A DNA stretch of 64,000 bases, taken from positions 33,790,001 through 33,854,000 of the forward strand of contig OZ296657.1 of NCBI GenBank assembly GCA_965655095.1, read 5' to 3'. The stretch is from Haplodiscus bocki (lineage: Eukaryota). Each line of letters opens with the position of its first letter. Within the stretch, counting starts at the first letter, position 1. Below the pieces are notes generated by a model. It was not told the origin of the DNA. It saw nothing but the letters and a program-made list of their open reading frames with translations, and searched no databases. This document shows positions 11,301 through 24,760 of this stretch, piece by piece. A program made the position numbers and the translations under genes.

Positions 11301-14300
11301 AAAATATATAGTTTTTAGTACTCAAAAACGAAATCTAGCAGCAAATGATTTGACAAAAGGCTTCTATAAATTACTCATTAATGCCTTCTATGGAAAAACA
11401 ATGAAAATTGGGACAAGAAGTATAAAGCTAGAATTGATTAGAAAAGATTATGATGAAAAATTTATCAAACAGCAATCAGAAAAAACCGTTAATGGTATTC
11501 ATGAATCATATACAACTTAAGATAGTTACACATTTAGACAAAATGAAGTTCCTATAGATAAGCCAATTCAATTAGGGTTCGCAGCATTAGAATTCAGTAA
11601 ATCAATGTTGTATGAAACACAATATGAAAAATTACAATCATATTTCGGAGAAAAAAATAAAAATTACACTATATGGCTACTGATAGTTTCTTCTTGAGTA
11701 TAAATACTAAAAAAAGTTTTTCAACAGTTGAAAAATCCCGATGATATTTTTGATTTCAGTAATATGAGAAAAAATCATGAATTATGTTTAACTGAAAACG
11801 AAAAAAATTTGGGAAAATTGAGAACGGAAACTCTTATAAACGTTCTTATAAATGAATTTTTTGTTTGGAAAGTAAAGCATACTCATTTAAATGTGGAAGT
11901 GATAACAAAAGAAAAATTGAAATGTATTTTAAAATCTCAATCGAAAAGTTGTAAAGTTGAAAAATTTCACAAATGTCTATTTGGTGGAAAATATAAAAAG
12001 AAAATGATAAGGATATAACTCGTTCAATAATTCATGAAATGTATCTTCAACTAGTATGTAAATCTGCACTATCTTCGTTTGATGATAAACGATAATATGT
12101 AAATGTAATTAAAAGTTTACCCAAGAATTGAAACGAAATTGTGTACTCATTCGGAATAATTTTACAAAAACTCCACTGGCCAACTTTCTATTCTACTTTT
12201 TCAAGCAAATCCAAGCGAGTATTCCTGGCAGAGTTTCCCCTTGATCTGGTCATCTTTTCAAACCTCAAGATTTAGACAGTTCCTCTCGGAGCATCATAGC
12301 TTTGCACGACAAAGACAGTGGGACGTTGGCTAGTAATGAACCACAAACACTATGACTATGTAATCAAACACAGCCCTATTTTTAGTCAATGTCACTTTTG
12401 CATGAACCAGTCAGCTAAAGGAGACGAAAAAGTGAGTAAAACAAGTTTCTATACATACATTGTGTTATGTCGACAATGATGGTATTGGTAATTTTTCAGT
12501 CTCTGTTACAATGTAAATGTGCACGTGCAATATTTTTATCAATTCTATGTTTGGTGGAACTATATGTTGTTTGATATATTTCTCGTTTATGTATGCCTCA
12601 AAATGGGTTGATGCATGTGCCGCATGCGCGGTTGGTGTCGAATGCGATTGTTCACAACATTGATCCAAAACAATCGTTCTGAATTAAGTTAAATAATTAC
12701 CTCAGTCAAAAACGATAAAACGATAGCATGCCTTATTTTTCGAAAGATTATTGTTCACACACATCTATCAGAGATGATGTTGTTTTGTGAAGGTTTTTTT
12801 AGACCTGGTTCGTACGGCGCTGTATATCTTTAGATTGAAAACATTAGGGAGCAAAATTGGCTGTATGCAGCAAATTACACTCCCTGTAAATATATCTTCG
12901 CCTCTTTTCGACAAAATGAAAAAACCCAACTTGCAGATAATGTGGTGAGCTAAACCACAAAAACAAACCTTCAGTCAGCATGGACATTTAAAAAATATGG
13001 GTAAGCTACTGAAAGGCTGCACCGGTTCAGGGAGACGAATCTTGCCTCTGCACAGCCAATTTTCAACAGAGTGTTGAGATGAGCTTTTAAGCGGTTGGAC
13101 TGTGTTAGGGAGCAGGGCTTCAATCGATGACGTCCGGGGCAGGCTTTTGATACGTTTCGTTAGATGAGCTACCGAGTAAATGGATTGTGTCATTGAGCAC
13201 GACTCTTTTTGTTGTTCTGCAGAGAGGTAGTAAGAGACGAAAAATAATATCAACGTGTTGGACGAGAAGGTTAGAAGTATCCAGAGCTGGAGAAGTTGTT
13301 CTTTAGGAGAAATAATACTCTTTTATATCATAATCAATGACTGTTGCAATTCAGGGAAAATGCAGCCAAGTAGAGAGCAGATGATCCGTCATTAACTGCG
13401 AAGTTTCGTTATGTTTTCATTGATCGATGTTATTGCGCTTCATTTGAAAAATTGTTCCGGGTTATTACTTGAGTGGAGTTATGATTAGATATTATCAATT
13501 TTTTCGGTATCGATTTTCAGTTTGCTGCTACTTGATTAGACATAGATAAAATCAATATATTTGAAGAGTTGCAATTGACGTTTATGAAGTTTTGTCGAAT
13601 TAGGTCGGGAAGCGGAGAGTTGAGATAATGCAGCCCCGAGAGTCACAATACCATGCTGTTTTCAGGGTAAACGACCCAGCCCTGAAAATTGTCAAGCTCC
13701 AATCTCACGACGCAAAAAAACGCCCCGAGCTTTCTCAGAAAGTAAAATTTTGTGGAACACCCGGCATCTTTCCAAGCCTCGTCTTAGAGGTGTATACGTT
13801 CGTAAATGGGTGATAGACTGGGTGGCTTTGTGGAGAAATAGTCAAAACTTGGATCAGAGCCATGGTCCGCCAAAAATTCTTGAGACGATAAGATAACAAT
13901 AGAATGTAACAAAAAGCTCCCAAAAATGTGTACACCAAACAATTCCGGGAAGGCAAAAACCAAAAAAAGTATATAGATGAGACACCTTTTATGTTATCCA
14001 AAATATTTACGGAGAAGCAAATAACAAAAATTTCGAGGAAAATTTTCAAGATTTCAGGGAAAAGTAGAAAAAACACGTGCCGGAAGTATTTTTAATACTT
14101 TCACTTTTGTGTTTTCTGACAGAATTATGGATATTTTTTCGGAAAGTTTTTCGTGATGACCCATTTTTGCGAACACCAATTTTTTTAAAGGAAGTTAAAT
14201 AACATTTCCATAAATCCCCTGATGCTTGGCAACAAAACTACCGGAGAAAATTGTAATGGAGAGTCCCAGGTAATATACAAAGTACCACCGCGTCTTCAAG

Positions 14301-15349
14301 AAAAATTGGCATTACGAGGTATAAAATGAGTTATAGGGGCATCGCCAACTTTGGCCGCTCTCGGCCTGTTTGTCCTCAATCTACAGGCATTATTTTAAAA
14401 GTGTGAACTATTTCGGTAACCTTTGCTTGGTTGAAAAGAGATTCTTGAGAAAAAATGGGAAATAGAATCTAATTCAAAACGCAACATAATATATTTACTG
14501 AACACTGTATGCTGAAAAGTCTAAATAAAGGTAAAAACTGAACAAGCCGCTGCCGTTCAAATTTTGCTCAAACTTAAAACATTGCATCATATATTGAATA
14601 TTCCGTCAACCATCAAGTTGAAACAAATTGTGCCCATTAAACCAATACTCACAGAAAATCACAAAAACAAAACACGTCAGCAATCAGGTTTATAAAACAC
14701 AAACTTCAAATCCGGCGGGGCTTGTTGCTCTGGGATAATCTTTTTATGGTCTTTCAAAGTCTTGTACTGTGTTATATTTTCATTCTTCTTCCAGTTTAGA
14801 CGATTTCTGAAGCATTAAAATCTGGTCGAATTCAAGATGCAATCAAAGTACTTTACAACACTTCGAAATTTTAGAAATTAGTGTTGAAGCAACAGTGAAT
14901 GAAGTACATGGTGTGCTATTGTAATTTAACTAAGGTCGTTTTCAAGTACTTAATTTGCATCTTGTTTTTCAGGACAATTACATTGCACTGTTTTTTCTGC
15001 TGATTATACTTTAAGTAACAAGTGCTGAAATTTACCTTTTCCATTTAATGAAGCATTTTTTGAACAAAAACAAGTAATCATAATCCTCAGTAGATGTTTT
15101 CGGAACACCAGAACAATCAAACTACAAATCTGTTTCCGACTTGAGTATTTTTCAATGACTTCACTAACTTGGTTCACTCTTTGCTCCTTCCTATTGCTTG
15201 TAATAACTTTCAAAAAGATTTCAAACTTTACCATGCTTATATTTAGCGTTATTTCGCAGCCATCCAAAAATGAAACTTTTTGTGTTAAAACTGATTGTCA
15301 ATGATAGTTCAAAAAATTTTTACGAGTAGCAAATGTTTGTCTGTAAAAA

Positions 15350-18300
15350 CTGCGAAAAATTGACTAAGCTTGTGCGGTGGTAAACCATAAAAATAATTAT
15401 TTTAATTACTCCATTTCACCGTATATATCAAACGGTTAAGTGCATAAACAGAACTGCACCGTTATTTCGAATGCGAATGTTCGTTTACATGTTCAATTAA
15501 TTGGTACAATTGTATTACATTTACGCTTCTGGCTAACTACTCAAATTGCTCTTACTATTGAACACAAATTAAACAACTTATATTGTCATCGTCAATTCAT
15601 GGGAACAGAACATGGCGCAGTAAGGAAGATCAGACGATGCCAGACGTCAATACAACCAGATCATCATCTATTCCCGTATTCAGTATGGCAAATGCCAACG
15701 GAAAAAAAGCGGAAGCGGAACTATGGCGGCCAAGCTCCGTAAAATTTCTCAGAACGACACCGAGCGAAGATGTCCATGAAGTCACATCGCGACAAACTAC
15801 TATCAGAATTCGAAAAAAAAATGAAACGATGCTGAATTTGGGGAAACAATCAGAAAACCATTCAAGTTATTAATCAGTAATTGTAGAGTAAAACCTGTGC
15901 AGATTTAGAAATCACAGAAATTGTCATCCGATTCGAAGAATGGTTTATGGGAACGAAAACAACAACACATCATAGCAGAACAAAACTAATTGAAATGCAG
16001 TTCAATGAGAACCAGACACCGAAAGAAAACGCATCAGACCTCGAAATTTGCCGACTCGAAAGCATCAAAATAGAATAACTATAACTATCAAAAATCCGTT
16101 CAAATATAACAAATAAAGAATTGAAGAAAAAATTGGAAAAACCCAATCAAATAACAACAGAACTCCCTCCTGCCTAGAAGACGGGATGACATATAGAACT
16201 ATAGAAAAAGAACAGAAGTCAAATTAAAAACCCAAACGTTACGAAAGAATCAAGGGAGAAAAAATATATAAACAGGAATTAAAAAAGATACCGAGACAAA
16301 GTAATTAAACTGCCGATATTTTGGACAAAAAAGTGGAAACCGGATTCTAGTTGTCCGACAAAGGAAGCGTCATTCGGAAGTTGCGGAACGGGAGGACCTT
16401 CAGAGAAAATGTTCAAAGTAAATTTGATACGATTCGTCAGGGAAGTTGCCAATGACAACCAATTACAAAACCACTATACAGGATGATCACAAACTCAATC
16501 GTTTCCAACAAAACACCCAAAAATCATCAACAAAAATTTTAGGAAAAACAAAATTTGGACTACACGAAAAGAGTTAAATTCATTTGTGACGCCGAATGAC
16601 CGACAAAAATCAAATCAAATAAATCGAGGAAAAATTGGAAAGACTGGAGAAAAGAAATCTGGATGTAAACAAAAAGCCAAGAGAGTGTACAACAATGTGA
16701 AAAAAAAAATACAAAAAAATATGATGAATGAAATGGTGATACCAATCACTAAGTACAGCATGTGGCGAACTTGGTTTTATTTTTGGATGGTAATCTGAGA
16801 ACATCATTTCACGTGAAAAAAAGAAATGCAAACCAAAGTAACTGCTAAAAGGCAAAACGATAAGAAATGAAACTGAAATACAAAGATACTTCAAAATTTT
16901 CTTCCAAACTTACCATTAAAAAAATTGGCGTGCAAAAAATGTCGAATTCAAACCTACCGCGCAAACTACAAAACAGAAAGCAAAACAATCCGTATTGATT
17001 AAAAAGAACCCAAAGGTTAGAAACAGAAAACAAGAAAACTCCCACTCAGGTCACACTGAAAAGGCAACGGATACGAATTTAGGAAATTTATCCCACCGGC
17101 AGTATTAACACTAAAAGGATAAATTATTGAACATCTTATTGACTTCACGAAAACTAAATGACAATTGCGTGAGAAGAAAAGCAGAGATGCTGAATCGAGA
17201 GAGTTGCTTCATGGAATTTCCGTAAAAATATCGAAAGACAACAACAGACTTCCGATTATTTTTGAAATATAGGATTCACAACACGTTCACTGCGCTCACC
17301 GGCAAGTATATTTATCAAAAGAAACACAAAAACTGAGTTTCGCAACGGTTGCGGATGACTTTACAATCCACTAGAGATTAAAAATGGGATTTTATGGGTC
17401 AACCGAAATACCGAGAATGTTTCATTGAGGTATTCAACATTGAAACACTTACTTGGCTTGACAATTAATAGATAGTCTCAAGCAGCACACCCGAAGAAAT
17501 CCTGAAAAAAGATGGACAATACAGTAACGAAATCTGAAAAAAAAACGTATTCACAGTCGGTGATATTCACAGTCGAAGCACTACCGAGAAGAAAGCGGAA
17601 AATGGTCCGAGAAGAAGTTTTAATGGAATCAATTCAATGAGTGACAAAAGAGAAATCCTTGAAAAATTCCCGAACCGCCTAAAAGAAAATAATTGAAATC
17701 GCTTTTGCGAGCAAGCATATCAACATTTTTCCAATATGAGACACATGTTCATCAAACCAAACATATAACTGTTAGCATGTTACAGAAAATGGGAATGGAC
17801 GGACGAAAGGAAAACAACTTTCAACTGAAAAAGAAATTCTCAATGTACAAAAACATTTACTCAACCAGCCTTTTCTTCACCCTTTAACAAAAACTGCGTA
17901 ACTTCTGATGCCGAAACGGATTGACATAGATTCATTCTCTGGTACTAAAATCTTGACAGAGATAAAAATCGAAATGGTTTTGTGATGGAAGAAAGTAGAA
18001 TAAAAGTCGCGATAAACTAGTTGAAATTATTAGCTGGAGTTTAGCATTTGACTTATTAGATTTATCAACTCTGGAAAAGAAGTTATTTTAAATAACCAAT
18101 CACCAAGCATTAGAGCCCTTACTAAAACGGAATTGAGGACATGAACAAAATAAGCAATGCAGTGCCCAAACAACAAAATGGCTAGAGGACCGATTATGAC
18201 TTTTTGATTGAGAATTATAAAACAATCAGAAACATCATGACAATTACTTTTTATTTGTCGTGGAATACGTTATTCAATTCTACTCCAGAACATAAATAAA

Positions 18301-20080
18301 AAAGTAAGCTAATAGCATCATTATAAGGAGCGCACAAATACGGTGGCCTATATATGAAAGCGAAACATTAACTCCCATGAGCCAATCAAACTCGCATATG
18401 GATTGCAACCCATTCGAAAAAACAAAACCACAAACAACCAGCAGCAACCAGCCGTTAGTATTACAGAAAAACCTTACCAAACAATAAGATAGTTGGAAAC
18501 GACCATTGTTATAACATTTTATCCGATCAAATAAATACCTATGGCTGACACAAAGAGAACTTGCCGTTCGAATCTCTCTTTTATTACTGCAATAAGTTTT
18601 TTGGCAGCTGCTTTGCAAAATTTTCAGTCCCCATTGCAAACTAATCAGATTGTTCCATCGAATGAAATGGAGAAAAACAAGGAAAGTGAAGGCATACCCT
18701 GAAGACTCACCGGTTGCAGAGATGACTGAATAATTCTCCGTTTGATTGTAACTAACTACGCCACGAGAATTATCCATTATAACCACCGAACATACATGAC
18801 AGCAAAATTGCTTACAGCAACGGGCAACAACTTCCAAAAATCTCATTCGAGTGAATAGAGAAAATAACAGAAAATATCGCTCAAAATTTACAGTTGGCTC
18901 TGAAAAAATTTGAACGTCTTTTCACACAATTTCATTAAAATTGCCGGTCGAAAACCAGTTGGGGCAGAAACTTCGCGAAAAAGTTTAAAATGATCATGGT
19001 GAAAATGAACTTGCACGTGATTTTTTCATGGTCTCATAAAATATCAGTCAAAGACAGGCAATGTTTCGCCTGTGCGTGTTTCGACGAAAACAATAACCAT
19101 CCGATCATTTGGTGATTTAGAGAAGGAAGAATGTCTCAGCCAAAAGCATTAACGGTGCGGTCAGTTCGTTTAGTGGGTGAGTAAAACATTTTTTTTGAAG
19201 GAAAAAGTGCAAACAAAAACAACGGAAAACAAATTGAAGAAGCACTCCATTGAAAAAAATGACAAAACAGATCATACGATGCTCACAGACAAAAAACGCC
19301 TTCACTTGAAAAGTTGGTATCAAGGCCTGTTTTGCAACCAATTAATTGTCAACGGTGAAAAGGACCAAAAGATTCAAGAACTCAGTGATGGATCCCCGCT
19401 GGCTGTAACTTTGAACTCAACCACCAAAACCTACACTAGGCAATGGTGCACCAGCAGAACGAATGCACCAATACTCCCTATGAATTCTCATCAACTAAAA
19501 GACATATTGAAGACGAAGTACAATTGTTCAACCACACAAGGTCACCAAGAAAAGAACCACAAACAATTGACGAACAACCAACAATTTTGGAGGCATCTAT
19601 CGGAGAAGAATGTAAGGATTTGAAAGAACCGAAACAAACTCTGGCAATGAAACATAAAACACAAAAAACGGAAGGTTTTAGAATACCTCATCGGCTCCTG
19701 AGAATGCAGTAAAATACTGCGGTTTTCCACACTCTACTAAATTTATTTTGATTGTTAGCAGGAACACTATTTGCTACACAAAGGGATGAAGATATCCTAT
19801 ACAAAAGCGCCTGGAGTTTTTTCGAGGACGACAAAAAAATGGAAATAGGTGGAAGCTCTAAGGAGGGGAAAGAACAATTTTTAGGTAGAGGATTGTGGAA
19901 GTAGACCGTAAAACGAACAATCAACTTAAATACTCCATTTTTTAGTATATATCAACAAACGGTGAAAATGATAAACAAACTGTATCGTTACTATCGAATG
20001 TGACTGTCAGTTTACATGTTGATTTACCCATATTTATGCCTATTGCTAAAAACTCAACTTGTGCTTACTTTTGTATACAT
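15350..20080 (+). mobile_element. Ancient, heavily decayed Ty3/Gypsy LTR retrotransposon
   Basis: Diverged LTR pair (tactccattt..gtatatatcaa..tcgaatg..gtttacatgtt at ~15407-15570 and ~19931-20075). LTR end ...ACA followed by PBS tggcgcagt at 15613. PPT aaggaggggaaag at ~19860. Faint RT (GFYG) and RNase H (ELLA, HQAL) remnants. Confidence 0.7.
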
Positions 20081-20463
20081 TTTTAATCTTTTTTAATATG
20101 TTATGTTGTATTCGCCCATTCTTTGATTCTTTACGGTTTTATGTTTTCATTCAATTTCCGATCTTGAAAATTCCAATGGTTACCATTTTGGTCATTAGGG
20201 TGCTTCAAGTACTGCTTCAACAAGACCACGTATTTCAATTTTGGGTATTTTGGGCTTCAGTATTTTGGTACTTTGGGTGCTTTGACATGTACTATTTTGG
20301 GGTTAGGCATTTTTGAATGTTTGTTAACTTGGCTCGGCGTGTTTCCAGGCTTGTGTAATTTGGGTTTTGATATTCTGCGGTATAACCATAACAGAGCTAC
20401 CGGCTAATTGCTCCACTGTGGTCGACTTCAAAAATTCGGTTCTATGAATCAAAAAATTCATGA

Positions 20464-21033
20464 CTAAACCTGTGGATCACTTTTTGTTTCTCTTTCGTCA
20501 TTGGCTTCTCTTTGGCCATTAGAGTCGGCGTTTTGCTCGCATTCATCAATTTTTTCGGTAACGGAAACCTCCGTGGCGGCATCAACTTTATCGATTTCTC
20601 CTGCAGGTATTTCATGGTAATCGATAGAGCCAGTTTCTATCATCTCACATTTTATTTTAGCTTCCAAGTCCACGTCAGCGCAATTCTTCATTGGGGGTGC
20701 AGAGAATACCGGAGGGAAATAGAAATCTCCGGGAAGATAGCGCACGGTATCAGTTTTTGCACCTTCCTTTTCTTCTTCTGTCATAGACAAATAATTAGGC
20801 AATGTGAAGGAAGCAGAAGAAGAGGTGCTTGGAATGTCCCAATTTGTGTCTGAAGTCTCAAAAACAGGCTCCTCTTTGACGGTCCCCTTGAATCGAGTCA
20901 GGAAGCCGAACTTCTCAACTCGCGCTCGTAAAGTACACATTTCTTGTAGATATCTCATCTGAGTCATCGCATGTTGATATCTAGATTGAATTATTTGGGA
21001 GTAGCGGTTGGGTTCTGCAACTTTTTCGCCGCC
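20464..21033 (-). CDS. ZCWPW1: ZCWPW1/2-like terminal exon (post-PWWP helix plus acidic tail)
   Basis: Acceptor atctttcag in phase 0 with ORF 20464-20967. RARVEKFGFLTRFKG matches the ERVxxFGFxxRF segment that follows the PWWP in ZCWPW1. Confidence 0.75.
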   Translation of the reverse strand, partial: GGEKVAEPNRYSQIIQSRYQHAMTQMRYLQEMCTLRARVEKFGFLTRFKGTVKEEPVFETSDTNWDIPSTSSSASFTLPNYLSMTEEEKEGAKTDTVRYLPGDFYFPPVFSAPPMKNCADVDLEAKIKCEMIETGSIDYHEIPAGEIDKVDAATEVSVTEKIDECEQNADSNGQREANDERETKSDPQV

Positions 21034-21189
21034 CTGAAAGATATGAAAGACTCATCATTTCCACAAAATCTTGAAACCTTATGTCAAAATAGAGACGGTT
21101 CCATTATAGCATGAACACAAGTCAAAATAATGCGAAAGCGGCGATCGAATCTAAAATTAAAAGACTTAGTACACTCATTTGGGGAGTCT

Positions 21190-21829
21190 TGTCGGACGAC
21201 GTGCCGGCTGCGCTAGAATTAGCACTGGTACTCGCTCTTGGAGAAAGCTTTGCTTGATCAACACTCGACATCCCTTGGATCAACCGAGTCAAATCCTCCA
21301 GCTGTTTAGTCAAGGAAGTGATGTAAGTCTCAATATATTCGTGAACCTCTTCTTTAGTCAGGATGCGTGCTTTGGATTGAGAATCGACGTTGTCTCTATG
21401 AGCATTTAAGCTGTCGCATTTTTCGGACATGCTATTTTCAGTCATTCTGCCATTTTTCAACGTGTCGTATCTGTTGCTGATTCTTAGCTCTCGATGCGTA
21501 TTGAAAACTGGCATGCAAGTAACGCACACTTGAATATACTTTTCGATGGTTCTTGATGAATTCTTTGTGTAATTTACCATGCATCCAAATGTTACTGTGA
21601 AGCCAAACAAAACTGTCTGTTTGGTAGCGGCAGTGCTAATGAGTTTCTGCGTGTAATCTGATGAACCGATTGCGCTAAATTTGAGTTAAATATTGGTGAA
21701 TTGGCGTGGTGATGTGACCGATGGTAAGACGCATTTCCAACAATCGTGCTATACTATACAGTGCTATTTAATCAACTAGGGTGTGAACGCAAATCCACCG
21801 CAAATTTTGATCGCTGTAATCATGTAGCA
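21190..21829 (-). mobile_element. Probable solo LTR in the ZCWPW intron, containing an ORF that runs to its 3' end
   Basis: TG...CA-type termini (tgtcgg at 21190, tgtagca at 21829). Frame MTENS...LTKQLEDLTRLIQ...GTSSD ends at the ...GACA terminus. No TSD found. Confidence 0.45.
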
Positions 21830-23220
21830 TGATATTCAGGCAACCTTAGAGCAATAGATTTGCAAAAATTCACTATGGAGGAACCTATATAAAATACAAC
21901 GTAGATATCTATGTAAAAACTGCATGAACTGAATATTCAAAAATATTAGGTATTTCACTAGTTAAAAGACCCTAGGGGTCGTCATGGCAGTGTAATATAT
22001 CATTTTTTGCGTCTCTATTTTACATCAAAGTTCATCATTTTATTTAGCTTTGACTTTCCTATAAACTGTTAAAGCTACTCTTTTGTTAGTTCATGTGTTT
22101 CTTAAATTAGATGTTTTCAGATAAAATTAGGTAGTGGTACAGTAACATTACTTCATTATAGGTAATATAGATAGGCAGTACGACAGTTTAGATTACTATT
22201 TACATAGTTTTAAAGGAAAACTGATGAAGTCCAAAATCATAATTTAAGCCTGAGGTTGTGGTTTTCATCCTTTGGAAAATTGTTTGATGAAACGGAAAAG
22301 TTGAAAACAGCTTGTAAAGGTCAATCTGGGTGATTTTTATCTTTCCAACGCGAAACAATGAAAACTTACTTCGTGGCAATAGTCAATGCAGAAGAGTTTC
22401 ATCACCTGGATGAAAACCGAAGAAAGTCTAAATACTTGCTACCGGATTGTACGTTTCTTACACTTTTGGTAGGTGAACCGATGAATTTTCATTGATAATT
22501 ATTCTATTCTATTATGGTTTACTTACTCATGCTCGTTCTTTTTACAATGAGAGTTTTGTTTATACTGCACAGAATAGACTATTGGGTTGAAAAGATCAAA
22601 CGGATGTTCTCCGATGAAAAAGTATTCCGGCTCATTTGTGGCTTTGTCTTACTCCAATCTGTTGGGCCGCTTCAGAGTGCACTTGTAATGATTTTTAGAG
22701 TTCCGGTTGGAGCTGACCGGTGTCTTTTATATCTGTACTATCATATTTGTCCTTCATCGGAATTTTTCATTGGCATGGTTATGTTTCAGCACTTGGGTGG
22801 TCGAAGGATTGTAATACTTTTATCGGCTCACTAATACTTTCTAAATAATACATATGGCCGTTCAAATATTACATAGTCTCATTCATACAAGAGAGAAGGG
22901 AAGTAATAGTGCATGATTGCATAATACCGTTATGCAATTGGTGGCTACAGAACTTGCAGTCAGATCTTGGTAATAATAATTGCTTCATACTGTAACAAAG
23001 CGTAGTTTTAGGGATATGAAGATATCTTATATTTCCTTCATGTGGGCATGACAGGGTTGTTGAATTCAAATGAATCGTCAAATGCAAACTACTCGACAAA
23101 AAGTAAAATTGTCGACAAAAAATCTCGAGACCATGAACTGAACAGTCATTAAAGGAAATCGTTCAGCTCACGTCATGATTTATAAATAAAAAATTTATAC
23201 TTTGAAAACTAGAAACTAAC

Positions 23221-23487
23221 AAGAGTCTTTATTTTGTGTGTTTTCACCCAAAGTCTATAAACTGGATCTCCCAGCAAGGTGACGTGATATCCGATGGGAA
23301 TCAAAATGTTGCCGTTTTCATCGAACTCGTCCATTCTTTCAAGACTCTGCAATGCGCAGTGGGTAAGATGGTTGGGATCGTTCTCCACTAGAGCTGGCCA
23401 CATAGGCCTGTCTTCCATCTGAACCAGAACTAAAGATCCTGAAATGGTTCTGGTTAGCAAAACTATATATCGTAAAGTTCGGCAATC
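23221..23487 (-). CDS. ZCWPW1: ZCWPW1/2-like exon C (PWWP domain)
   Basis: GSLVLVQMEDRPMWPALVENDP...YHVTLLGDPVYRLWV; acceptor tttgtttag, donor gttagt; phase 0/0. Confidence 0.85.
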
Positions 23488-23964
23488 CTAAACAAAAAAT
23501 TGTATTCAAATCTTGTTTATAGCGTGTGAAACTAAAAAAGGGAATGTTTGAGTGGAGAATTACACCAAAAAATGAACTAACCCGGAGGGTATCGGTCACA
23601 TATCTGCAAGAAGTCAGAATTATTGAAAGGCACGTGATCTTCAGCAGTTGATATTTTTGGGCTGAAATTATACTACTTTAACTGTTGTTATACGCTTTTC
23701 TCTAACGTTTACTGTACGGAATTACAGAAAAAAAATGCATCTCCTAATTCGTTTGTCGATTCTGATGCTCGCTTTGTTAGAATAGGTAGGAAAGTTTGCA
23801 AGTTTTCTTGCTACGCATGCAATACAAAACTTCAGCAGAGTGTCAATTAAACAAGTTTGTCACTGTAGAAAATTTTGACGTTTTGTCAAATTTTACTAGA
23901 GGAACGAGCTTGAAGGTGGTAAATTATGGTAATCATCATTGATAGCTTCGGAAAATAAACGCAC

Positions 23965-24071
23965 GTACTCTTGTTCATCTTTCTCTTTCTCATCTGTCTT
24001 TTTCGCAGGTGTACAAACCTCCTGTAAACCTCCATCAATGCATTTCCACTCTGGTGGTAGACTTGCAACAT
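23965..24071 (-). CDS. ZCWPW1: ZCWPW1/2-like exon B (C-terminal half of zf-CW)
   Basis: Acceptor ttcttttag, donor gtgcgt. Encodes (D)VASLPPEWKCIDGGLQEVCTPAKKTDEKEKDEQEY; phases match both neighbours. Confidence 0.75.
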
Positions 24072-24538
24072 CTAAAAGAAAAATCTAATTTTTATCTGAA
24101 GCGTTGAAAGTTGGGCCTCGTTTTTCAATTTTTACAACTTTTTACCTATTTAATCGAAAAAAAATCTCTTTTTCAAACATTGCATCAAATCCATCAGATT
24201 TTAAGATAAATATTACAACAAGAACGTAATCTATCTAAAACCCTGGGTTATCATGAGATGTGTTAAAATAGTGCAAAATTTACTTGAAAACCAGAAATAT
24301 TTAATAAAACGAATAAAATATAGAGCTTCAACCGAAAAGTCTGGTAACGTTCGGATAATTTTTGTAATCTGAGTGAGCCATTGTCGTCGAATTGTGAATA
24401 GGTTTCGTTATTAGAAAGTGAACGAGTAATCATCAAAAAAATGAGAAGCTCTACCATTTGTCTCCCATTGTGATTGATGCCGCGAACTAGTTTCAACATT
24501 CAATTTTTAAACATTCCAAATTTTCATTTTAATTGAAC

Positions 24539-24760
24539 CTGTTGATGAATCCAACTGTCTCCAATTCAAACAGGCATTGCACTGAATTTCAATTGAATCA
24601 TAAACAGTTTTCTTGGCTATTGAATTACTACTTCTGTGAAGGGTTCTTTTCTTAGGTAAACACCTTGATGACTGGCCATCACTTTTTTGTTTACGTCTTG
24701 CTTCGTATCTGGGACCTCGAGGTCTAGCCGAGAACTCTTCTAGAGTCAAACCTTCAGGTG
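24539..24760 (-). CDS. ZCWPW1: ZCWPW1/2-like host gene, exon A (N-terminal half of zf-CW); upstream exons not identified
   Basis: Acceptor ttttcttttcag and donor g|gttcaa; encodes ...SIEIQCNACLNWRQLDSST; phase 1/1. Confidence 0.75.

Larger units (their letters stand above)
1..12130 (+). mobile_element. Degenerate Polinton/Maverick (adintovirus-like) element; left part lies outside the window
   Basis: Co-oriented remnants of an adenain-like cysteine protease, an rve/DDE integrase, a protein-primed family B polymerase and a probable capsid gene. All have many stops and frameshifts. No TIR was recognised. Confidence 0.9.
7233..12130 (+). pseudogene. Protein-primed family B DNA polymerase (pPolB), interrupted by an insertion at 7388-8466
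   Basis: N-terminal C2H2-like remnant; DKYCFLRSILA; VCRRCL; ExoI ADFEA (~9590); ExoII FHNFSNYD (~10005); motif A remnant LYGWAM (~10910); motif B KLLINAFYGK (~11370); motif C YMATDS (~11670); terminal FDDKR. Confidence 0.92.

Noticed and set aside
13628-14342. Possible TIR element (cagcccc...ggggcat); similar weak ggccct...agggcc pair at 26041-26610
   Set aside because: Inverted matches are too short or degenerate and no TSD was found.
18280-18846. 188-aa minus-strand ORF
   Set aside because: Antisense to the decayed Gypsy pol; no recognisable domain.
22514-23099. Possible extra ZCWPW exons in the intron
   Set aside because: Minus-strand frames contain stops, and exons C and D already join in phase with ZCWPW1-like continuity.
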